In this document: positions 41,357 to 50,944 of the stretch, in pieces
Numbering within the stretch: the stretch's first letter is position 1
How the letters are laid out: every line of letters starts with the position of its first letter
Assembly: GCF_038025025.1 (NCBI RefSeq)
Contig: NW_027117344.1
Span: forward strand, 1,054,001-1,118,000
Direction: 5' to 3'
DNA: 64,000 bases
From: Phyllosticta citribraziliensis
Taxonomy: Eukaryota
Program-made: the position numbers and the translations under genes
Notes under the pieces: model-generated
The model's database searches: none
The model's input: only the letters and a program-made list of their open reading frames with translations
Told to the model about the DNA's origin: nothing

Positions 41357-41504
41357 GTTTATCTATACTAGCCTTAGTACTTATATAGGTATATATATAC
41401 CTATTATAATAGATACCTAGGGCCTTAAAATCCTTATCTCTATAGTCTTTAAGTTTTAAGGGATATTAAACTAGATAAATAAATAAATAAATAAAAGTAA
41501 TTAT

Positions 41505-41885
41505 AGAAAGAAAGAGAGAAAGAGAGAAAGAGAGAAAGAGAGAAAGAGAGAAAGAGAGAAAGAGAGAAAGAAAGAAAGAGAGAAAGAGAGAAAGAGAGAA
41601 AGAGAAAAAGAGAGAAAGAGAAAAAGAAAGAAAGAAAAAAAGAGAGAAAGAAAAAAAGAGAGAAAGAGAGAAAGAAAGAAAAAGAGAAAGAGAGAAAGAG
41701 AGAAAAAGAGAAAAAGAAAAAGAGAAAAAGAAAAAAAGAGAAAAAGAGAGAAAGAGAGAAAGAGAGAAAGAGAGAAAGAAAAAAAGAAAAAAAGAGAGAA
41801 AGAGAGAAAGAGAGAAAGAGAGAAAGAGAGAAAGAGAGAAAGAGAGAAAGAGAGAAAGAGAGAAAGAGAGAAAAAGAGAAAGAGA

Positions 41886-41950
<65 letters not shown>

Positions 41951-41952
41951 AA
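41505..41952 (+). repeat. Homopurine microsatellite (AAAGAGAG)n grading to (AAAG)n, ~450 bp
   Basis: Only A and G on the plus strand throughout. Confidence 0.97.
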
Positions 41953-42198
41953 CCTTAGGTATATATATAAAAATAAGGGTTTATATGAATGTGTGAGTGA
42001 AACTAATAACAGAAAGTGTGGTGCGCCCTAGCATAACACAACTGTTATAGTACTAGAGGGCTCAACCACCGGACAGTATTTAAGAGGCACTGCCCGTCCC
42101 AACCCTTATCTAAAAACAAGCCCGAACCGGCCTATTCTAGTACTGGCAACGAGTAGGAATCCACTCATCCAATCAGCGGGACTAAAAGCACTACGGCA

Positions 42199-42963
42199 AT
42201 GACCGCACACTACATCCTCAACCCCAGCGCCGAGCATAGTCACACGGTGATTTTCCTCCATGGACGCGATAGCACAGCACCAGAATTTGCCGTGGAGTTT
42301 TTCGAGAGCCAAGCATCTGACGACAAAACACTTCCTGAAATATTCCCAAGCTTCAAATGGGTGTTTCCGACATCCACTCTTCGGAATTCTGCACGGTTCA
42401 GTATCGAGATGTCCCAGTGGTTCGACATGTGGTCTCTTGAAGACCCAGAGGAACAGAAGGAAACACAGAAGGCTGGCTTGTCCGAGAGCATCAGCTCTAT
42501 ACTCATAGCCATCGAAGATGAAGCCTCCTTGATAGGAACGGAAAAGATTATACTTGGCGGAATCAGCCAGGGCTGTGCTACAGCCATACATGCTCTTCTC
42601 CAAGGAGAGCGAAAACTCGGTGCTTTTGTTGGACTATGCAGCTGGCTCCCCTTCCAAGCCGAGATTCAGTCAATCACAAAAACGGCAAGAAGTCCAGCAG
42701 AGACGCGGGATCGGTTGCGTTGTCTGTTCAGACTGCAACATCACCGCGAAAACAAGTTAAACTCTGCCCTGGAGACTCCGGTGCTGCTTGCTCACTCTGA
42801 AGACGACGAGGTGGTCTCTATCCGATACGGAGAGAAACTGTCGAGAGGACTGATGGAGCTGGGTATGCCCGTCGAGTGGCGCACGTATAAGCATGGCGGG
42901 CACTGGGTGAACGAACCTCAGGGAATCGACGACATGGTTGGGTTCCTGAAAAAATTCTGTTAG
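42199..42963 (+). CDS. Phospholipase/carboxylesterase (acyl-protein thioesterase-like alpha/beta hydrolase), 254 aa, intronless
   Basis: IFLHGR, WFD, nucleophile GISQG, HSEDDEVV acid, GGHW catalytic His. Confidence 0.92.
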   Translation: MTAHYILNPSAEHSHTVIFLHGRDSTAPEFAVEFFESQASDDKTLPEIFPSFKWVFPTSTLRNSARFSIEMSQWFDMWSLEDPEEQKETQKAGLSESISSILIAIEDEASLIGTEKIILGGISQGCATAIHALLQGERKLGAFVGLCSWLPFQAEIQSITKTARSPAETRDRLRCLFRLQHHRENKLNSALETPVLLAHSEDDEVVSIRYGEKLSRGLMELGMPVEWRTYKHGGHWVNEPQGIDDMVGFLKKFC

Positions 42964-43770
42964 CGGAAGTTGCGAATGGAGTGTCTGATGGCTCCCGTGG
43001 CCCCGGGGTTTAGTATCAGCTGCTGAATGCTCCGGGCTCTTGCACCTCGCTCAGATCATTGTCCCGATAGAAGACAACTCGCTCGGGAACTTGGCTTTCC
43101 CTGGCAGTTGCCCCAGTGCCCTCTCATGCAGCACGTACAGCCACGAAGCGGGATCGTTTTCGTAGACCCCGCTGTCCCCGGCCCTGGAGTCGCATAGCAC
43201 GACTTGTCGGATCCAACCGGGAGAGGTCCGAGTTGGAAGTGGGCACATGGATTGGTCTTTCGCCCGCTCTAGACTACGACCTCGACCTCGTCTCTGCTAG
43301 CTGGGCATCTTCACAAGGGTCGGCATGAGTGGCGCATCTGCCTTGTGGGGTGCTGATAATACGACAAGGCTGGTCCAGATACGGGAGGCCATCAGGCGAC
43401 GATGCTGACCACCCTCTTGGAACAGTGGCATGTTTGGTCAAGCTGACCGAGTTGGAAATTATCGTGCATTCGTAGGGCTGATGACGCTGCGTCGCGTCAG
43501 TGGCGTCTGCTAGCGACATATTCATTCCGATTATGGACTTATTGCCTCTTTTGGCGGACTGCGTATGCATTGACTCTCTGCACGGTAAGCGGCCACGTGC
43601 CGCTTTTGACGGGGACAAACTTTTCTGGATATCAAAAGCAATTGTACGAGCTTAGGGCCCGTTAAGATTTGAAACATTACTTTAAATGGCAGGTCTCGCA
43701 AAACATGAAAGGTCGAAACAAACGCCACTGACTGCAGAGATGGAACAGCAGACGAAACCCCCATATTAGA

Positions 43771-45019
43771 TCAATGCCCGGGAAAATGCCCACCACGATG
43801 CTTGCATGCAGACACTGATGCTGTTGGTGTTATTGTTGTGGTAAAAGTAAACCTGGAAAATATTAGAATTGGCGACGAAGTTCATGAGCAAACAACATAT
43901 GACTTACGTTTTGTACAATGTTGCTATCTTGGTGATGGTCGTGTATGCCAATGCAGTCCGAGTCTTGGTGGGAGTCGGTGCTGTTACTGTAATGGTCTGT
44001 CTTCCCGAAAAGACGGTCTTTGGCGGAAGCGTCGTTGTGCTCGTAAGTGTCGTCAACTCGTATTCCGTCGTCGTCCTGGCTGGGGCGGTGTACGTAATCG
44101 TCGTGTTGACAACCGTATCCGCATTGACAAAGACGGTTGGCGAATCGGGAGAACGCTTCCCAAGTTGATGCTCAAGTAGGCGCTCGGGAACTTCCATGCC
44201 GCGTCTCAGGCGGGCTTCTCGCATACGGCGGCGAACTTCCACTGGATCCGTGGGTGTGTCCGCACCCTGGGCCTGGACGGCGATGAGACTTGTATAAGCT
44301 GCAAATTTGGGCTTTGTTGGGATGAAGGTAGCCTTGGGATCCGGATATTTGGGCCTGGGTGGAATGGTGCACGAAGCGGTCTTTGTTTCCGTAACAACTT
44401 TGAGAGACTTGGTAAAGCTCTGGCGAGTTCGTGTGAAGAATTTGGTCAACGTCGAGGTGACGGCTGGGGGCGTGATTGTCCTTCGGGCCGTGGCCGAGGG
44501 CGAGGTGATTGTCTGATTGTTTTGAGCAGTATTCACGACCGTGACTGTCGAAGGCAAAGTTGTTGTAATAATGGGCGTTGTCGTGACGTTCCACGTAACA
44601 GTACTCGTTATTGTGCTTGTGATTTGCTCGCCTACGGTGAGGAACAAGTCTCTTTCGTATGCAAACGAAGCATTCTTAGGGCCGTTGTTTCCCAGCAGAA
44701 GCAGCTTCCATTCTCCCGAGAACATTTGGCTCTTGAATATCGGGCACGTAGATAGCTGAGATACGTCGTCCGGAGTGACGGGGATGTCAGTGCAGACATA
44801 CTCCTCTCCTGTGGGATCCACGAGCAGGACGTCCGAATAACCAGCCGAGCATCCTTCGAACTGCGAGACGGAGGTGAAGTTCTGTGCCAAGGCTTTGTTG
44901 ATGAAGTATTGGCCACCATTTTGGAAATCAATACCGTAGGAGAGGCAATCTGCAGAGGCCGCGCCGGCAGATAAAAACACAAGGCCGACGGCAACGAAGA
45001 TGGAACGATAAGAAGGCAT
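43771..45019 (-). CDS. Secreted Thr-rich protein of unknown function, one intron (43853-43907)
   Basis: ATG at 45019 opens a signal peptide (MPSYRSIFVAVGLVFLSAGAASA); Cys-containing N-domain, Thr-rich segments, dibasic KR site. A GTAAGT..CTAAT..CAG intron extends the frame to TFTFTTTITPTASVSACKHRGGHFPGH-stop. Confidence 0.85.
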
Positions 45020-47554
45020 GTCTAACAAGACAGGCAAAGACATCAATTGAAAAGAATTGAGGCCCCGGTCGTCTGAAGAATTAGAGCGTTTCTGGCCAAA
45101 AGCGAAGCGGACAGAGATCCTGATCAACAAGTCATGTTGGCATGGAAAATCCAGGATTATAAGTCGCAGGGTGCTGAGGCAAGGTCCTCAACCCTCCGCA
45201 TACGCTGGAGGGAAAGAAGGAAATTGACTCCATCCCGCGGACACGGCTGACCAGACTGAGACGAGGATTGCCAGGATGCTGCTAGCCTGCCAAGATACAA
45301 TGGTCAGTCGCATGGAAAGGGTATGTACAGCAGCAGTGACATGACAAAGAGTTGGGCGGAAAGCCATGCGGAAGCGAACAGGTGGGCAGAAGCGAGTTGT
45401 GGCGGCTCTCGTGAGAGAAGTAAAAAGCCACCGGGGCCAGCGATATCATGAACGACGAGGTGGGGGAAAAGGTTGGCGGTGGAGGGGTTGTTGTTGTCGT
45501 TTGCCATGGGATTCGTCAGGCAGGCCAGCGGGTCAGGGGCAGGGGTAGGCGGATGGGGCGCGGGCAGTCACCAAAAAAACCCCGTTCGCGAGAAAGGGTC
45601 GAGTCAGGGCGCAAGATCTTATCTGATGGCCGTCAAAATTAAGCAGCGGGACTGACGCCACACTCCCGACTACCTATCTTTAGACTTCAAGGTTGTTGAC
45701 AAGGTTGGCTGACGGCGACGTCAAGCGCGCTATGTCATACGTCAAATGCAGCTCCCACGGATGCCTGCCTGCTCTGCTGCACTGCTGTGCTCTTCGTATC
45801 GTCCATGGGTCCTCGGTCGGGTGCGTGCGCCATCTCGTCCGCTGTCTTCGTGATCCGTCGTTGCCTGTGTACGTGGTGTTGATGATCCAGCCGCCCGACA
45901 AAGGCTTCACAGTCTGGGCAAGCCATTTACCAGGCCCTTGGGAAGCCTCGGCAAACGATCGGAAAGTTTGCGCAAACGACCGGATTCTTTTTGGTGATGG
46001 AGGGGGCCTTTGGGTGTCCGTGGCCCCATTGTCGCTTGCAACCCTCTTTTCCTCCGACTCCCAAATGGAACCAGCGGAAACAACAAGCCCCGTGGTGTTA
46101 TCCTCCGGAGTGCATGTCGCCACCAACCGGCGCTGACAACTCCCATTGGCCATGCGGCTGACCAGCTCAGCCCAGCCCAGCTCAGCCCAGGCACTGTTGC
46201 TTGTGCTTCCGAACCTCCATCATGGAACAGCCCGAATTGGGAACCTTCTGACGGATTGGTGGTGGAGGACATACGGGTAAGTAATCGCGATGGCGGTCGG
46301 TTGGGGTTTATTGCTGATGTGTCTCATCCCAGTAGGCAGATCATATGCACAATGACTTCGTCAATCCAAGTCCTGACTGCCATCTTGCCGTCCTCCTGCT
46401 GGGGGGCGAAGTCAAATTTTCCCTGCCATGAGGTCTTCCCGTTCGGCTGTTTTGATGACTGCCGAAGCCATCATCCTGGAGCCCCAACCCTCTTGCTCTC
46501 CATGGAGGTCAGGCCAGACTCCTGCTCTCTAGCCTTCCACGTGCCGCCACTCGACAACCCGTTCTAAAGTTAACATCCTTTCGAAAAGTCATTCCACAGG
46601 CCAATGGGGACTTCCGGCCCTCACTGACTACACCTTGCACTGTACTGACTGCTCAGCTTGGCTGTCAGGCACTCGCTTGCCAAAATGACCCGTGCAATCC
46701 ATCGCTTATCCCGGCTAATCTGCTCGAATTGTCGTGGGCGGAGGGGTTTGCCCGGTAAGATCGGTATAGAGTCAGAACCTCGAGCCGTCTTGGACTCTCA
46801 ACGGGACCAGCTGCGCACTCGGCCATTCACCACAAAGGCTAGCAGGATAGAAGAAGCAAAAGGCAGAACTAGAGACATTCGCAGCGACACCAGGCTCAAC
46901 AGAACACGTCCCACGAGACTTGACCTGACAGGGCTGTCGGGCAAATTATCGTATCTGGCGTCCGCATGTCAGCTCAGCTCCACACGCTGAAGGGCTAGCC
47001 TTATTACCACTCCACCTCAAAGCTGCATCACGCCTCGTTCCTTGGCTATATTGCCAGAGTGAGATATTCTTGGGACAGCACTCCACGATCCTCCACCATT
47101 TCCAGGCCCATATCGCCAAGGATAAGCTACAGCGGACCATAGAAGCTGTGGGCCGATACGGCCCATGAGGCTCGAGTTGTGGATACTGGCGGATGACAAG
47201 GTTCATCCTAAGCTTCGCTTAGCTGGGTTGCATGGGCATCCACAATCGCTGCTGAACTCGAGCCCAGGCGAGTTGACCACTCTGAACCTTTCTGCCGCCG
47301 TTCTGGACCCTTGATACTGGCTGCATTATGGCGTTTCAGGGCCCTCATATTATTCTTATCATCACGAAGGCAGACCAGGCTCAGTTTTACTTTAAAACAC
47401 GAGGAATTCTCGGCTTAGCCTCGTTCCTCGTCATCACCACCAACTTCCAGTTTTCACCTTCGTTTTGGACGAGGCTGAGGATTGACCCGTCCATTGCTTG
47501 ATTCCTTCGTTGACCCGAATTACTTGCTGTCAGGGAGCATTCTTTCGCTTCAAC

Positions 47555-49776
47555 ATGTTTCCATTTTGGATCATCGGGACATTCTTTGTGGTGCTCTTCA
47601 CTCAGAGCTTTGCAGCGACCATCCCACCTGCATTTGCGGATCTTGTGCGGCGGGCTGACGCTTCGTCGACCACGGCGAGCACTTCCACTACGTCAAGAGT
47701 TCCCGACTCAGAATGCACGAATGGACCAACCTCGCGAGCTTGCTGGGGTGGTGGATTCAGCATCGCAACTGATTTTGACACCAAGCACCCGACCACCGGC
47801 AAGACCAATTACTACACTCTCGAGATTTCGAATGTCACCGACTGTGCCGAATACATGAGCAAAGGCATTGGCGACGGCTTTTGCAGACCAATGCTACTCA
47901 TCAACGGTCAATTTCCGGGCCCTACCCTTACAGGAAGTACGTACCAATGCCTCTCAGGATTATGAACAGAGACCAGAGTGCCTGACCGAGCCTAGATTGG
48001 GGCGATTACTTCGAGGTCACAGTCGTCAACAAAATGCAAGACAACGGGACCAGCATCCACTGGCATGGCATCAGACAGCTGAACACCAATCAGCATGATG
48101 GAGCCAATGGTATCACAGAATGTCCCATTCCCCCTGGAAAAAGCCACACGTATCGGTTTCAGGCAACCCAATTCGGAGGTTTGTGTTTTCCCTCTCTGTC
48201 ATCGACACCAGCTTACGTTGTGGCAAGTATCATGGTACCACTCGCATCATTCTGCCCAGTACGGGGATGGGATCGCTGGCCCACTTGTGATCAATGGTCC
48301 GGCCACAGCCAACTACGACGTTGATCTAGGCCCACTTCCACTCTCCGAAACGTACGACGAGACCGCATGGACGAAGAATTCGCTCGCGATCCACTCCCCC
48401 GCTCCACCTCTCCCGTTGAATGTGCTAGTGAATGGCTCCATGGTCAATGCAACAGGCGGAGGCAAGTACACCACAATCACAGTCACCAAGGGCAAAAAGT
48501 ACCGCTTGAGACTGATCAATATTTCTGTCGACACCTATTTTATCTTCTCCATGGTAAGTAAGATACACCAATGATCGAAACCTTGTCAGTCTAACTCCGT
48601 CTAGGACGGGCACGACTTCGAAGTAATAGCAGCAGACTTTGTCCCCATCCATCCAATTCAGAAGACTTCCATCATGATCGGAATCGGTCAAAGATACGAC
48701 ATCGTTTTCACCGCGGACCAAGATGATGGCAGCAATTACTGGATGCGGACTGACATTGCATCGTGCAGCACAAATGCAATGACTACTGCCGCAGCCGGCA
48801 CTGTGCTTGGTGCTGTCTTGCATTACGATCAGGCAGGGACGGCTCTACCAACGACAGCATCTGCAACGGGCATCGACAAAGCCTGCAATGATCCTTCGGG
48901 ACTACAGCCGTACTGGGAGACCAATGTGCCCAGAGATGAGTTTGCCCAATTCTTCTCTGGACTCAACCTGACGTTCAACGGTGCGACATCTGACGGACTT
49001 GTTCAGTAAGTTGTCGGTCGAGGGATGACTCAGCAATTGTTGCTAAACAGTCCAGGTGGTATCTGAACGACAGCGCCATGGACATTGACTGGTCGAAACC
49101 GACATTGCAATACGTCTTGGATGGAGACACCAGCTATGAGAAGAGTCAGAACATCTATCACATGGACCAACCCGGAAAGGTACGCAGAAAAAAAGAAAAA
49201 AAAAACCGTTTTGGACCATTTTCAGATTCTAACCGAAGCAACCATCCAGTGGTACTTTTGGGTCATCCACAACACGGCTGCAGTGCCAATTGAGCACCCT
49301 ATACATCTGCACGGACATGACTTCTACATCTTAAAAAATGGAGTTGGGGACTGGGACGGTAATTTGGACGATCTCGTGTGGGATAACCCGCCGCGGCGCG
49401 ATGTTGCCATCATGCCGGGGTCGGCAACGGGTGGACATTTGCTAGTTGCGTTTCCCGCAGATAACCCGGGCGCATGGGTAAGTCGCGCCTTCCCCCCAGC
49501 GCAGACAGTCCTTTGCTGACCCTTTGTCTTTCTTTTTTTCCCAGCTCATGCATTGTCACATTGCCTGGTGAGTCAAGACTCTGGAACATGACGTCGAAGC
49601 TACGAATGGCTAACTCGGACAGGCATGTTACCGACGGACTGAGTGTGCAATTCTTAGAGTCGGCGGACCAGATCCTGGGGACGATTGGAGACATTTCAGA
49701 CATGCAGCAGACTTGTGCGGACTGGAAAGCTTACAAGCCGTACTGGGAGAGAGAAAAGGGCGACTCGGGCTTGTAG
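47555..49776 (+). CDS. Secreted laccase / multicopper oxidase (CAZy AA1), 7 introns
   Basis: Signal peptide and propeptide (LVRR); copper motifs HWHG, WYHSH, HPIHLHGH, HCHIAWH..GL; C-terminal DSGL. Introns 47937-47995, 48179-48227, 48554-48604, 49006-49055, 49180-49249, 49478-49544, 49568-49622 restore one frame. Confidence 0.96.
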
Positions 49777-50068
49777 AAGGGGGCGTGTGCTGCTGGGTTT
49801 CGGAGCAAAGGGCTTTTTGAGGCGTTGGACATGTATAAATACACAGCATCACGAGGAATCCGGATGAATATCATCGCCAAAATTTCGTCCCTGGTGGCTC
49901 GGTGGTGGATGAGGCGTGGGACTAGTCGAGTGGCGGAACAAGGGACAACGACAAGCAACAGAGACAGCCAAAATCCGGGGAACACAGGGCCGATTTAAGG
50001 TTTATGGGCAGGGATGGGACAGGGAGAGTGGCAGCGGGCCGCACAGCGTTCGGGGCGGGCGGCCATGT

Positions 50069-50073
50069 GGACG

Positions 50074-50114
<41 letters not shown>

Positions 50115-50670
50115 AGTGGGTGATGTGGTTTGAGGCATTTCGGTCGGTGAAGAGGACGGAGACGGGAGCCACTGGCGGACGAGGCGTCCACGTCGGTCGA
50201 CAATAGCCAAAGGTGCTATTGGGAAGATTTTGTACACAGGCGGCCGGTAATTGCATTATTTGTTGTGGTAGTGCCAACACATCACGGCGAGCAAGGAAGC
50301 GGGCGGTTGCTTTTTCGCACTGTCTAATGATCCCGGCCGCCGCCTGTCGCGTTCCGCGTAGGGACCGTACCGCAGGCAAACCTGCTCCGCCTCCTGTCCT
50401 GCCCTGCCCTGCCCTGCCTGCCCTGCCCTGAGGTGGACAATCATCGTCACGTACCACCAGCACCCTCTTCTCCACCCCAGCCAGTCTCCACTGCACCGAC
50501 TGCTCGTGCTCGGTCCTCTTGGTTGCTGTTCTTCGGTCCTCTCCCCATCGCCGACTCCGCTTCTTCCTCGTCCTCGTCTCGTCTCGTCTCGTCTCGTCCA
50601 TCGAATCAATCAACCCTGCCTCGACGCGACCTGCAGCTCGCAACGCACCGCACCGCACCGCACCGCACCC
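50069..50670. repeat. Cluster of short GC-rich microsatellites: (GGACGA)n ~50069-50114, (GCCCT)n ~50396-50430, (CGTCT)n ~50568-50598, (CGCAC)n ~50644-50668
   Basis: Seen directly in the intergenic/5' region of the large coiled-coil gene. Confidence 0.85.
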
Positions 50671-50944
50671 CTCATCCAACCAACCCAAACGATCCGCCCA
50701 TTTGCACGACAATGCCATCGACCCTGCTTGCCTAAGCTTGCTGCTCTCCGCCGCCGCGTCCTGTCCTTTCTTGGCCTTGTCAACATTCCTTTCGTCTCCC
50801 GGGTCCGCCCTCCCGTGCATCTTTGCGCGTCATAGCCACGCCGGCTTTCGTGAGAATTTCAGTCCTTGCAGGCCTCTCCCCCTTCCCCGCGACGCGTCCG
50901 CTCGCCCGCCGTCCATCCTCGCCAAGCCAAAACATTGATGTTGG

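Larger units (their letters stand above)
16995..41411 (-). mobile_element. Ty3/gypsy chromovirus B2, full length, carrying nested B1 and C
   Basis: TSD GATAC at 16990-16994 and 41412-41416. 3' LTR 16995-17401 (407 bp) with adjacent C-run (PPT on minus). Internal region ~25674-33050 is the reverse complement of the B1 internal region. 5' LTR is split into 33051-33407 and 41362-41411 (sum 407 bp). Confidence 0.93.
1..41500. other. AT-rich, RIP-mutated nested retrotransposon block (likely constitutive heterochromatin)
   Basis: Strong TpA excess with near absence of CpA/TpG/CpG over most of the block; no ORF in the six-frame track; retroelement motifs recoverable only after reversing transitions. 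Confidence 0.95.

Noticed and set aside
1..41500. Centromere, organellar insert, or Starship/DNA-transposon interpretation of the AT block
   Set aside because: The decodable content is RIPed LTR elements; no tyrosine recombinase, DDE transposase or mitochondrial genes recognised. Centromere status cannot be judged from sequence alone.
45680..46567. Overlapping 120-185 aa ORFs between the secreted protein and laccase
   Set aside because: No recognisable motif, ORFs overlap on both strands, several lack ATG; likely chance ORFs in a divergent promoter region, though a small gene is not excluded.
49916..50938. ORFs with RGRGRG, PRPRPR or poly-Ser runs
   Set aside because: Translations of intergenic microsatellites.
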